Shown here piece by piece: positions 1 to 9,253 of a stretch of 64,000 nt of DNA. The first letter of the stretch is position 1. The number at the start of each line of letters is the position of its first letter. The notes beneath the pieces were generated by a model that saw nothing but the letters and a program-made list of their open reading frames with translations, was not told where the DNA came from and did no database searches. The stretch is taken from assembly GCA_028293125.1 (NCBI GenBank), contig JAQGPJ010000079.1:117296-181295 (forward strand), given 5' to 3'. The position numbers were made by a program, and so were the translations under genes. This DNA comes from Verrucomicrobiales bacterium. GTDB lineage: Bacteria; Verrucomicrobiota; Verrucomicrobiia; Verrucomicrobiales; V1-33.

Positions 1-2
1 CG

Positions 3-881
3 GTGCTGGTGCTGGTGCTGACAATGACGTTTGTGCTGTTCCGGGAATCTCCGGGCGGGCCCTTCACCATGGAGCGCAGCCTGACCGCGGAGCAGGTCGC
101 GGCCAAGGAGGCCTATTACAAGCTGGACGGCTCCCTGGCCTCCCAGGTGGGCAGGTGGTGGATGGACGCCCTGAGGGGGGATTTCCGGGAATCAATGAAG
201 TCGCGGAACTTCACGGTGGGGGAGATTCTGAGCCAGAGTCTGCCGGTGAGCTTCACCCTGGGTGGAGTCTCCCTGGTGCTGGCCGCGTGCGGGGGGATTT
301 TTGCGGGAGTCGCCGCCGCCTCGTCCCGCAACGGCTGGACGGACCGGCTGACCATGATGGGCGCGCTGCTGGCAATCTCCCTGCCGACCTTTGTGACCGG
401 TCCGCTGCTGGCACTGGTTTTCGCCCTGATGCTGGGCTGGCTGCCGGTGGGTGGCTGGTCGGGGGTAAAAAGCCTGATCCTGCCGTCGGTCTGTCTGGCG
501 CTGCCCTACGGGGCCTACGTCGCCCGACTGATGCGGAACAGCATGGTGGAGGTGCTGGGCGCGGATTTTATCCGCACCGCGCGGGCCAAAGGGCTGCCGG
601 AGCGCCAAGTGGTTTACAGGCATGCGCTGAAAGTGGCGATCCTGCCCGTGGTCAGCTATCTCGGCCCGCTGGCGGCGGGGTTGCTGACGGGAAGCGTGGT
701 GGTGGAGAGCATTTTCGGAATTCCCGGGGCCGGCCAGCACTTTGTGAACTCCATTCTGAACAAGGACGGGTTTCTGCTGATGGGGGCCGTGGCGGTGTAC
801 TGCGTGCTGCTGGTGGTCCTGAATTTCCTTGTGGACGTGCTTTACTGCGTGCTCGACCGGCGCATCAGGCTTTATGAGTAA
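3..881 (+). CDS. ABC transporter permease, DppB/OppB (peptide/nickel) family; 5' end lies outside the window
   Basis: ORF 3..881. The translation is multi-TM and carries the family-typical cytoplasmic loop ...DFIRTARAKGLPERQVVYRHALKVAILPVVS... A second permease gene follows directly, and its ATG overlaps this stop codon. Confidence 0.9.
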   Translation: MLVLVLTMTFVLFRESPGGPFTMERSLTAEQVAAKEAYYKLDGSLASQVGRWWMDALRGDFRESMKSRNFTVGEILSQSLPVSFTLGGVSLVLAACGGIFAGVAAASSRNGWTDRLTMMGALLAISLPTFVTGPLLALVFALMLGWLPVGGWSGVKSLILPSVCLALPYGAYVARLMRNSMVEVLGADFIRTARAKGLPERQVVYRHALKVAILPVVSYLGPLAAGLLTGSVVVESIFGIPGAGQHFVNSILNKDGFLLMGAVAVYCVLLVVLNFLVDVLYCVLDRRIRLYE

Positions 882-1935
882 CGCTGCCGCTTCCGCCATC
901 TCCGCCTCCGGCCGCGCCGCCGGCGATCCGCTGACCGGCTGGCAGCGTCTGAGACAGGACCCCTTGGCCATGGTCTCCCTGGCGGTCCTGATTTTCTTCG
1001 CTCTGATCTGCTTTGTGGTCCCGCCGGTGGTGGACCATAGGGACTGGTCGCGCCGGGCTCCGGAGCAGGCAGGAAGCTCCCAGGAGGCTTCCATCCGGAA
1101 CGAAACCAGCAACTTCACCTTCAGTCCGCCCGGAACCATGGTGACCGGCGCCCACGGGGTGGTTTACAAAGCGTGGCTGGGCACGGAGGCCAATGGCCGC
1201 GATGTTCTTTACCGCGTGCTGGCCGGCGGCCGCGTCTCCCTGCTCATCGGCTTGTGCGCCGCCGCCATCAGCCTTTTCATCGGGACTCTGGTGGGCATGA
1301 CCGCCGGATACTACGGCGGAAAGGTGGATGGATTCCTCATGCGGCTGGTGGATGTGCTCTACGCCAATCCGCGCGTGCTTTTTGTGATCATCCTCACGGC
1401 GGGCCTTTCCGGTTACATGACCGCCATGCTGGATCACGGCCGGGCTTTTGCCGACAGCCGGAACTGGCCCGCGGTCAAAGCCTGGGTGGACGGTCTGATC
1501 CCCTACAAGCGGACCCTCATCCTGATTTTTTCCCTCGGTTTCATCGAATGGCTGACCATGGCGCGCATTGTCCGGGGACAGGTGCTGGTGCTGAAGGAAC
1601 AGCCTTTCGTGGCCGCCGCCCGCGTGCTGGGGCAGTCGCCGCGGAAAATCATGACCCGGCATCTGCTGCCCAATCTGTGGACTATTATCCTGACCTACCT
1701 CACGCTCACCGTGCCGGTGGTGGTGCTGGACGAAAGCTTCCTCAGCTTTCTCGGGCTGGGGATCGAGGAGCCGGCCTCCAGCTGGGGCACTCTGCTGAAG
1801 GATGGGGCCAGCGCCGTGAATCCTCTGGTTTCCCGGTGGTGGCTGCTGCTTACCCCCGCCGTGGCCATGACCACTGCCCTGCTGGCGTTGAATTTTTTAG
1901 GTGATGCCTTGCGCGACGCGTTTGATGTGCATTAG
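874..1935 (+). CDS. ABC transporter permease, DppC/OppC family
   Basis: ORF 829..1935. The internal ATG at 874 (MSNAAAS...) overlaps the upstream TAA stop at 879-881. Conserved block LGQSPRKIMTRHLLPNLWTIILTYLTLTVPVVVLDESFLSFLGLG is typical of DppC/OppC permeases. Confidence 0.9.
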   Translation: MSNAAASAISASGRAAGDPLTGWQRLRQDPLAMVSLAVLIFFALICFVVPPVVDHRDWSRRAPEQAGSSQEASIRNETSNFTFSPPGTMVTGAHGVVYKAWLGTEANGRDVLYRVLAGGRVSLLIGLCAAAISLFIGTLVGMTAGYYGGKVDGFLMRLVDVLYANPRVLFVIILTAGLSGYMTAMLDHGRAFADSRNWPAVKAWVDGLIPYKRTLILIFSLGFIEWLTMARIVRGQVLVLKEQPFVAAARVLGQSPRKIMTRHLLPNLWTIILTYLTLTVPVVVLDESFLSFLGLGIEEPASSWGTLLKDGASAVNPLVSRWWLLLTPAVAMTTALLALNFLGDALRDAFDVH

Positions 1936-2045
1936 TAGGGCGTGACGACGATCCGGCAGAGCCGGCGGACGGCTCCCCATTTCCGACGGTGTAAACGGCG
2001 GAAAAATGACGGAGCACCGCAGGCGGTGAAATTTCCGGTAATCAT

Positions 2046-2119
2046 GCGGGCATAGCTTAGTGGTAAAGTTCCAGCCTTCCAAGCTGGCCAGGCGGGTTCG
2101 ATTCCCGCTGCCCGCTCCA
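2046..2119 (+). tRNA. tRNA-Gly, anticodon UCC
   Basis: Hand-folded cloverleaf. Acceptor GCGGGCA/TGCCCGC, D arm GCTT-AGTGGTA-AAGT, anticodon stem CCAGC/GCTGG with loop CTTCCAA (anticodon TCC), T arm GCGGG-TTCGATT-CCCGC, discriminator T and encoded CCA. Confidence 0.9.
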
Positions 2120-2419
2120 CTTCCCATGCATTCGGAAAAATGCGCCGGAGGGAAAATGTAGAATTCCGGTGGCCCTGAAAAAGGTGCCGTGTTTCAAAGT
2201 TCAAGCTGCTATTGCTGTATTTACGGTCTGTCCGTTCAAAAATTTACCCGGCACAGGGGTGAATTTTCCTGTGGGCTGACCGGCATCCGGCAGTTTTTTG
2301 AATAATTGCCTTGAAAGCCTCGCCTTAAGGAGCCAGAGTGTTCAGTCTGTAGCGAAATTCATCCACTTGTTCCGCTCCATCCTCCCTGAACTGTTAGTTC
2401 CCCTTTCCCAATCTGTAAT

Positions 2420-3601
2420 ATGAAGAAAAAACTTTGCCTCCTTACGGTCGCATCCGCGCTTTCGCTCGGTTCCAGCGTTCAAGCTCAGGGCCTCCTCAGC
2501 ATTGGGCGCCATGACGAGTTCGAAACCCGGGTGCCTTTTTCCTGGGCCATCGGGTTGGGAGGCGGCTGGGATTCCAATGTTAATCAGAACAGTGATAACG
2601 AGCACGAAAGCGGCTTTGCATCCGCCACACTCGAGGCAAGCTATAACACCGGGGACCGGCGGACGGCGTATCGGGTCGGAGCCAGCTACTCACCCCGCTA
2701 TTATTTTGACGCTCCGGATGGAACAGATGATTTCCAGCAGAGCGCCAACCTCAATTTCTCCATTCAGCACCGCGTCAATCCCCGTCTGACGCTGAATGAC
2801 AATCTTTACTTCGCGTACGAGTTCGAGCCCAATTTCGAAATCGGCGCCGCTGGTGCCCGCCGTTCGGATCCCTATCTTTATGGCTCCAACAGCTTCTCGG
2901 CCTCGTACGCCTGGACCCGCCGCTTCTCCACCGTCACTGGCTACACTTTTTCCGGAATCTCCTATGAGGACGACGAACGCTCCGATAGCCAAAATTATCT
3001 CCAGCACCTCCTTCATCAGGAGTTCCGCTATGCTTTCACGAAGACAACGACAGGCGCTTTGACCTATCGTTATGCCATTGCTGAATACGACGATGGTTTT
3101 GGCGACTACACCTCCCACTACCTGCTGGCGGGTCTGGACCACTCCTTCAGCCGCAAAACCTACGCCAGTTTCCGGGTGGGTGCTGAATTCCGCGACCGCG
3201 ACAATGGCGGCAATGAAACCAACCCCTATTTTGAGGGCAGCTTTTCCCACTCGGTGGCAAAGCACACTCAACTCCGCTGGTTTGGCCGCGTTGGCTTTGA
3301 TGACTCCGATGTCTCCGGCTCCCAGGAGCGCTACTCCTTCCGCACCGGCCTGAGCGCCCAGCAGCAGTTCACCTCCCAGCTGTCCGGGAATATTGGCGTC
3401 AACTATGTTCACGATGAGTTCGACTTCACGAATGGCTCATATGAAAATGACATTGTGGCTCTCGCCGTGGGGCTTGATTATCAGTTCTACCGCAATCTGA
3501 TTTTCAATGTCGGCTATTCCTTCACCACCTGCTCTTCGGACAATGCGTTCAGTGAATATGACCGCCACACTGTTTCCGCCGGCGTGACTGCCCGCTTCTG
3601 A
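2420..3601 (+). CDS. Outer-membrane beta-barrel protein, candidate porin partner of the adjacent polysaccharide export genes
   Basis: Signal peptide MKKKLCLLTVASALSLGSSVQA-Q. Alternating aromatic/polar beta-strand pattern throughout (YRVGASYSPRYYF, LTYRYAIAEY, IGVNYVHDEF, FNVGYSF). C-terminal ...GVTARF ends in Phe, as in OMP barrels. Sits directly upstream of the PCP/OPX genes. Confidence 0.65.
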   Translation: MKKKLCLLTVASALSLGSSVQAQGLLSIGRHDEFETRVPFSWAIGLGGGWDSNVNQNSDNEHESGFASATLEASYNTGDRRTAYRVGASYSPRYYFDAPDGTDDFQQSANLNFSIQHRVNPRLTLNDNLYFAYEFEPNFEIGAAGARRSDPYLYGSNSFSASYAWTRRFSTVTGYTFSGISYEDDERSDSQNYLQHLLHQEFRYAFTKTTTGALTYRYAIAEYDDGFGDYTSHYLLAGLDHSFSRKTYASFRVGAEFRDRDNGGNETNPYFEGSFSHSVAKHTQLRWFGRVGFDDSDVSGSQERYSFRTGLSAQQQFTSQLSGNIGVNYVHDEFDFTNGSYENDIVALAVGLDYQFYRNLIFNVGYSFTTCSSDNAFSEYDRHTVSAGVTARF

Positions 3602-3628
3602 GATCGGAAAAATCAGTTGAACATCCTC

Positions 3629-3667
3629 AGCCCTCCCAGTGTCCACCCACTGTGAGGGCTTTTCTTT
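3629..3667 (+). terminator. Candidate rho-independent terminator after the beta-barrel gene
   Basis: Inverted repeat AGCCCTC-C-CAGTG / CACTG-T-GAGGGCT, followed by TTTCTTT. Confidence 0.5.
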
Positions 3668-3730
3668 ACAATCCATCAGGCTTCCGTTACCATAACGCTC
3701 TCGCCCTAATTCGCCTCTCCCTATCCCCTT

Positions 3731-5914
3731 ATGAAAGAGCAGATCAATGAAACCAAACTGCATGCCTTGGATTACTGGCAGGTAATCCGCAACCGATGGG
3801 GAGTTATTCTCCTCACTTTTTTTCTGGTGTTTCTGGCGGCTTTAGTCGTTGTGTCCCTCCTGGACAAGAAATATGTGGGACGCACCAGTTTGCAGGTGCA
3901 TCACTTTTCCAAGGAGCGGGGGGTGTTGGACAACACCATTGACGGTCAGGAGAACGTGGGCGGCGCGTCAGCGGATTTTCTGCCCACTCAGTTCAAGATC
4001 ATCACCTCGCCGGAAACCCTGCTGAAGGTGGTCCGCCGCAAGGATTTGCCCCGCAAATGGAACATGCGGGAATCCGAGGCTCTGGCCAAACTGACCAAAA
4101 TGATCGAGACCGAGGAGGAGCGCGGCACCGAGATCATGGAGATCCAGGTTTACAGCACGGACTGGAATGAGGCGGCGGAGCTGGCCAATGCTGTCCGCGA
4201 GGCGTATGAGGAGCGGCGCAATGATACGGACAAGGAGCGTGTCGCCAAAGTGGTGAATGTTCTGAACATGCGGCTGAGCAGCCAGCAGGACGACGTGAAC
4301 GACGCCCGCACCGAGGTGATGCGGCTGATGAAGCTCTATGGCATTGTTGACACCTCCATTATGGGAACCGGTGCCGGGCCCACTCCTTTTATCGGGTCCA
4401 GCAGCGCGCTTTATATGCAGAGCAAGGAGCGCGAGCAGGATATGCAGATTCAGGTGGCTAAATTCAAAGCCAACCTCCAAGGCCTTTCAAAACTCTCCGG
4501 CGATCAACTGATCGAGGGTGCCATGACCTACGGAGTGGAGGATGACACCATCAAGCAGTTTGCCAGTCAGTGGAAAAAGGACATTATTGAGTACGACAAA
4601 CTCACGAATTCGGGGTTTGGCAAAAGTCATCCGAAATTAAAGGGGCTTGCCAGTTCCATCGCCAAGCAGAGAGAGATTCTTCAGGAGGCGGCGCTGAACT
4701 ACAAAGCCTCCTTGGCGGTCAATATTGAAAATATTGAAACCGCATTGAGCCGCGTCAAGGATGTCACCAAGGACACCAAAACAAACACGGTGGATGAGAG
4801 GATCAACTCCGCGGAGTACAGCATGCGGAAGCAGGAGTGGGAGCAAAAACTGGAGCTTCTGAACCGTCTTCGGGAAACCGTGCTGAAGACCACAGTCAGC
4901 GAATCCCTGCCACGCCAGCCCATTGAGGTTCACGAAATCGCCAAGCCCGACAATATGGCGGTGCGCCCCAATGTCCCGCTGCTGCTGGGTATCGGTGCCG
5001 GTCTGGGGCTGATTTTGGGCCTGATGCTGGCGTTCTTCCTTGAGTATCTGGACACCAGCGTCAAAACCCTGGATGACGTGGAGCATTACCTGGGCGTGCC
5101 GGTGCTGGCTGTTATTCCCAAGGATGTGGGGGTTCTTCACAAGCAAAGCGGCATGAGCCCCGATGCGGAGGCCTACCGGATTCTGCGCACCAATATTGAA
5201 TTCAACCGCAAGAGCGCGGACGCCAACGCCATCACGGTCGTCTCCGGGGGTGCCGGTGAAGGGAAGTCCACCACGTTGGTCAACCTGGCCTATATCTGTG
5301 CCCAGGGCGGCTACAACACCCTGATGATCGACGGTGACCTCCGCCGTCCGAAGCTCCACACCTTCTTCGACATCAACAACTCGGTGGGTCTGACCAACTA
5401 TCTGACCACGGCGCTGCAGCTGGAGGATGTGATTCTTCAGACTCCGGTCGAAAACCTGTATTTCATGCCTTCCGGCATTCTGCCGGCGGATGCCGCAGGT
5501 ATTCTCAACAGCCGACGCATGTCCGAACTGATTGCGGATGTGAAAAACCGCTTTGACCTCGTGCTCATCGACTCTCCGCCGATTCTGGGTGTGAGTGATG
5601 CCTCGGTGCTGGCTTCGGAGGTGGACCTGACCATGATCGTGATCCAGCACCGCAAGCTGCCCCGCACCATGCTGCTGCGTGTGAAGCAGGCCATTGAGAA
5701 TGTCGGAGGCAATCTCCTTGGCGTGGTGCTTAACAACGTGGATGTCCGCAGTGACAGCCAGTACCAGTACTACACCAGTTATTACACTTATTATTCACCG
5801 ACCAATATCGAGAAGGCCCGTCCGCGCCCGGCGGCCTCCGCCTCCACTCCCGCCGCAGCCGGATCCCGCTCCAGCGGAAAATCCTCTCCGAAGGATGACA
5901 AGGACGATTATTGA
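3731..5914 (+). CDS. Polysaccharide co-polymerase / tyrosine autokinase (Wzc/GumC/EpsG-like PCP-2a)
   Basis: N-terminal TM (VILLTFFLVFLAALVVVSLL), a long coiled periplasmic region and a second TM (LLLGIGAGLGLILGLMLAFFL). Cytoplasmic P-loop kinase with Walker A VVSGGAGEGKST, A' MIDGDLRRP and Walker B LVLIDSPP. C-terminal tyrosine cluster SQYQYYTSYYTYYS. Confidence 0.9.
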   Translation: MKEQINETKLHALDYWQVIRNRWGVILLTFFLVFLAALVVVSLLDKKYVGRTSLQVHHFSKERGVLDNTIDGQENVGGASADFLPTQFKIITSPETLLKVVRRKDLPRKWNMRESEALAKLTKMIETEEERGTEIMEIQVYSTDWNEAAELANAVREAYEERRNDTDKERVAKVVNVLNMRLSSQQDDVNDARTEVMRLMKLYGIVDTSIMGTGAGPTPFIGSSSALYMQSKEREQDMQIQVAKFKANLQGLSKLSGDQLIEGAMTYGVEDDTIKQFASQWKKDIIEYDKLTNSGFGKSHPKLKGLASSIAKQREILQEAALNYKASLAVNIENIETALSRVKDVTKDTKTNTVDERINSAEYSMRKQEWEQKLELLNRLRETVLKTTVSESLPRQPIEVHEIAKPDNMAVRPNVPLLLGIGAGLGLILGLMLAFFLEYLDTSVKTLDDVEHYLGVPVLAVIPKDVGVLHKQSGMSPDAEAYRILRTNIEFNRKSADANAITVVSGGAGEGKSTTLVNLAYICAQGGYNTLMIDGDLRRPKLHTFFDINNSVGLTNYLTTALQLEDVILQTPVENLYFMPSGILPADAAGILNSRRMSELIADVKNRFDLVLIDSPPILGVSDASVLASEVDLTMIVIQHRKLPRTMLLRVKQAIENVGGNLLGVVLNNVDVRSDSQYQYYTSYYTYYSPTNIEKARPRPAASASTPAAAGSRSSGKSSPKDDKDDY

Positions 5915-5959
5915 TCCGCAAAAACTGATTAAACATATTAAACCGTGAATCGAAATAAT

Positions 5960-6523
5960 ATGAAAACCATTATCGCATGCCTCATCGCCGGCTTCATGGC
6001 GGTGCTCAGCCCGTTCGCCCAAGCCCAACAGGCTGGAATTTTGAAAAAGGGTGACATGGTGACCATTGAGCTGAAAACACCTGTCGAGGACACCGTGAGT
6101 GTGTCCTCCAAGTATGTGGTTTCGGACAGTGGAACTGTGAAAATGCCTATGCTGGAGCGCGAAATTCCCGCGGCCGGGCTTACTCCCAACGCTTTGGCGC
6201 GACGGATTGAGGAGGCTTACAGAGCGGCGGATATTTACACTGCCCCCACATTGACAGCCCACATGTCGGACAGGGAAACGACACTCAGCCATGTAATCGT
6301 GGTGAGCGGTGAGGTCAAATTGCCCGGGGAGTGGCCTCTGCGTGACGGCATGACTCTCATGGCCGCCATCAGCAAGTCCGGTGGTTTCTCGGACTTCGCC
6401 AAGGTGAAGGGGGTGAAACTGATCCGCGGAAACCGGGCGTTTATCTATGATATGCGCAAGCTGGAGCCGGATGGCTCCAACAATCCGGTCCTCAAGGATG
6501 GGGATCAGATTGTGGTTCCGTAA
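5960..6523 (+). CDS. Short periplasmic polysaccharide export protein (OPX: Poly_export + one SLBB-like domain)
   Basis: ORF 5945..6523. ATG at 5960 gives signal peptide MKTIIACLIAGFMAVLSPFAQA-QQ. Poly_export-like block KKGDMVTIELKTP...VVSDSGTVKMPMLEREIPAAGLTPNALARRIEEAY, then SLBB-like VIVVSGEVKLPGEWPLRDGMTLMAAISKSGGF...LKDGDQIVVP. Confidence 0.85.
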   Translation: MKTIIACLIAGFMAVLSPFAQAQQAGILKKGDMVTIELKTPVEDTVSVSSKYVVSDSGTVKMPMLEREIPAAGLTPNALARRIEEAYRAADIYTAPTLTAHMSDRETTLSHVIVVSGEVKLPGEWPLRDGMTLMAAISKSGGFSDFAKVKGVKLIRGNRAFIYDMRKLEPDGSNNPVLKDGDQIVVP

Positions 6524-6606
6524 TCAAAGTTGCTGAACAGCAGGGTCGGGGCCGCCTGATAGTCCTTTCCGGCTCCTCATCCTCCAGTTCCGATTTCAAT
6601 TCACAC

Positions 6607-6633
6607 AGCGCCCGGTGGACTCCACCGGGCGCT
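6607..6633 (+). terminator. Candidate terminator hairpin after the OPX gene
   Basis: Perfect 12-bp inverted repeat AGCGCCCGGTGG-ACT-CCACCGGGCGCT, followed by a weak T-containing tail (GAAATTGTTT). Confidence 0.5.
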
Positions 6634-6683
6634 GAAATTGTTTAACCGGGTTCCTTTTGATCCCTTTTCAGAACTGAAAATCC

Positions 6684-7136
6684 ATGTCCAACCGTGTGAT
6701 TGCCTTGGATTTTGGCGAAGCCCGGATCGGGGTGGCAGGCTCCGACGATTTGGGATTTCTGGCGCATCCTGTGGAAACGGTGGCTTCCCAGCCGAGGAAG
6801 GAGGCTTTGGAGCGGATCGGGGTCATTGCCGCCAGCCGGAAAGCGGAGACGGTGGTGATCGGCCTCCCGGTCAGGGCGGACGGGGAGGAGGGAACCGCTG
6901 CGGAGAAAGTGCGCCAGTTTGCCACCGCTCTGAAAAAACACCTGTCTGCCGGCGCGGTGGTGGTGTTTCAGGATGAGTTCCGCTCCACGGTCCAAGCGGC
7001 GTCCATGCTCAGGGCGTCGGGCAAACGCACCAAGCATCACCGCCCCATTATTGATCAGGCGGCGGCGGTGGTCATCCTGCAGGATTATTTGAATGCCCGG
7101 CAGCCACTGCTGCCGGATGGGCAGGATGGGTTTTAA
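6684..7136 (+). CDS. ruvX: Holliday junction resolvase-like nuclease RuvX (YqgF)
   Basis: N-terminus MSNRVIALDFGEARIGVAGSD and the later VIGLPVRADGEEGTAAEKVRQFA and IIDQAAAVVILQDYL blocks match the YqgF family. Length is 150 aa. Confidence 0.9.
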   Translation: MSNRVIALDFGEARIGVAGSDDLGFLAHPVETVASQPRKEALERIGVIAASRKAETVVIGLPVRADGEEGTAAEKVRQFATALKKHLSAGAVVVFQDEFRSTVQAASMLRASGKRTKHHRPIIDQAAAVVILQDYLNARQPLLPDGQDGF

Positions 7137-7199
7137 ATCTAGAGAGGGGCTTTATCTCCCGTTTGGGCTGTTGCCGGCGGTTATCCGTTCATTGCTTTC

Positions 7200-8006
7200 A
7201 TGACCCGTTTGAAACTTGTGCTCGCCTATGATGGAAGGCCCTATGCGGGCTGGCAGGTCCAGCCGGGAAAAGACACGGTGCAGAGTGTGGTGGAGGAGGC
7301 GCTGACCCGCATTCTGAAAGGCCGTCAGGTGCGGATTCATGGCAGCGGAAGGACGGACACCGGCGTGCATGCCCTGGGGCAGGTGGCGCACTTCGATGTG
7401 CCGGACGGGATTCATATGCCGGCCGCCATCTGGCGGCGGTCACTGAATGCGTATTTGCCGCTCGGCATCCGGGTCATGGATTGCGCGGTGGCGGCACCCG
7501 GTTTTCACTCCCGGATTGATGCTGTGGGAAAAACCTACCGCTACCGGCTTTTTATGGGGGAGGTGCTGCCTCCGCTGGAGGCGGGCATCGCCACGCATCA
7601 TCCAAAGCCGCTGGACGATCAAAAGCTGGCGGAGGCCTGCGCCGCGCTGGAGGGCACCCACAATTTTGCAGGCTTCGCGGCCTTCCGGGGAAATGAGGAC
7701 GGCACGGAGGACACCGTGCGCACCCTTCGGAGTGTGCGGCCGGTGTGGGAGGGGGATTTCCTCACTATCACCTGGCACGGGACTGGATTTCTCTACAAAA
7801 TGGTGCGGCTGCTCACGGCCGCGGTCCTGCGGGTGGGGGCAGGCCGGGAGCCGCTGTCCTGGCTGACGGATTTGCTGCACCGGCAGGTGCCCGGCAAATG
7901 CCAGCATGTGGCACCCGCCGATGGCTTGTATTTGGTGGGGGTTGATTATCCTGAGAGCACCATCGCACCGCATGACACCGACGACTCCCGCCCAGCGTCT
8001 CGCTGA
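7200..8006 (+). CDS. truA: tRNA pseudouridine(38-40) synthase TruA
   Basis: LAYDGRPYAGWQVQP, catalytic-Asp motif GSGRTDTGVHALGQVAHFD, and FLYKMVRLL near the C-terminus. Confidence 0.92.
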   Translation: MTRLKLVLAYDGRPYAGWQVQPGKDTVQSVVEEALTRILKGRQVRIHGSGRTDTGVHALGQVAHFDVPDGIHMPAAIWRRSLNAYLPLGIRVMDCAVAAPGFHSRIDAVGKTYRYRLFMGEVLPPLEAGIATHHPKPLDDQKLAEACAALEGTHNFAGFAAFRGNEDGTEDTVRTLRSVRPVWEGDFLTITWHGTGFLYKMVRLLTAAVLRVGAGREPLSWLTDLLHRQVPGKCQHVAPADGLYLVGVDYPESTIAPHDTDDSRPASR

Positions 8007-9135
8007 CCACATCCGCACTTCAGGCCCCATGCCGTTCTCCAGCTTCATGGGGGAGGCGCTCTATAATCCGGAAACCGGTTATTATGCGGCGGAAGCCAGC
8101 CGCACGGGCCGGGCTGGCGATTTCTTCACCAGCGTCAGTGTGGGACCGCTGTTCGGGCAACTGATGGCGGAGCAGTTCTGCCGTGTTTGGGAACTCGCTG
8201 GAAAACCTCCGGAATTCACCATCATCGAAAGCGGGGCCAATGACGGCCGCTTCGCCAGGGATGTTCTGGACTGGACGCGGACGCGGCGGGAGGACTTTTA
8301 CCAGATCCTGCAGTATCAGATCGATGAGATCCTGCCCTCCGCGGTGGTCCGGCAGCGGGCCACCCTGACGGATCACCGGGATAAAATCATCCACGATGCG
8401 GCGTTCCCGGCCGCCTGCGGCTGTTATTTTGCCAATGAAGTGCTGGATGCGGTTCCCTTCCGCCGGGTGCGGTTCTCCCGGGGAAAGTGGCATGAACTGC
8501 TGGTAGGGCTGACAAACAGCGGAGATTTCCGCTGGATGGAAAGCGCGCCGGAGGACCGGGCGTTGAAACGCCGGCTGGACTGGCTGGGCACCGGGTTTCC
8601 GGAGGGATACACCACGGAAATCTCCCCCGCCGCCGCCTCCCATGTGCGTTATGCCGCCTCGCGGTTGGAGAGGGGCGTGCTGTTCTTTGCCGACTATGGT
8701 TATGACGCGGCCACCTATTATGATGTCCATCGCAAAACGGGCACCCTGCGCTGCTATCACCGGCATCAGGCGCACGAAAATCCGTTCAGTCAGGTGGGGG
8801 CGACAGACATCACCGCGCATGTGGATTTCTCCCTGGCGGCCACGGCGGCGGTGGAGGCCGGCTGCGCAGTGGCGGGCTTCATGGATCAGGGGCGTTTCCT
8901 TATGGGCGCGGCGGAGGAGGGGCTGCGGAAAATGGAGGGTGATGTGAGCCCGCAGGCGGCGCTGTGGCACCGGCAGTTCCGCACCCTCACCCATCCCGCG
9001 CATCTGGGCCGGAATTTCCAGTTTCTGGTTTTAACAAAGTCCATGCCGGAGGCCGCTGCGCTGCCCTGCCTGAAGTTCCATCGTCCCTCGAATGCGGAGC
9101 AACTGCTGCTTCCGGTTTTCACTCCGAGCCCGTAG
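7972..9135 (+). CDS. SAM-dependent methyltransferase, MidA/NDUFAF7 (DUF185) family
   Basis: ORF 7906..9135; the ATG at 7972 is the likely start and overlaps the truA 3' end. Family blocks FSSFMGEALYNPETGYY, GDFFTSVSVGPLFG, IIESGANDGRFARDVL and DITAHVDFS. Confidence 0.8.
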   Translation: MTPTTPAQRLADHIRTSGPMPFSSFMGEALYNPETGYYAAEASRTGRAGDFFTSVSVGPLFGQLMAEQFCRVWELAGKPPEFTIIESGANDGRFARDVLDWTRTRREDFYQILQYQIDEILPSAVVRQRATLTDHRDKIIHDAAFPAACGCYFANEVLDAVPFRRVRFSRGKWHELLVGLTNSGDFRWMESAPEDRALKRRLDWLGTGFPEGYTTEISPAAASHVRYAASRLERGVLFFADYGYDAATYYDVHRKTGTLRCYHRHQAHENPFSQVGATDITAHVDFSLAATAAVEAGCAVAGFMDQGRFLMGAAEEGLRKMEGDVSPQAALWHRQFRTLTHPAHLGRNFQFLVLTKSMPEAAALPCLKFHRPSNAEQLLLPVFTPSP

Positions 9136-9253
9136 AGCGGATACGGCTGTTTTCCCCGGCGGATGCCAGGCTGGCGGAACGGGTGCCCAGTTTGATGACT
9201 TCGGTCCGCCCTTCCCTTTGCCGGCTGTCCCGTGCCTCCTTTTCGTCCCTCCC

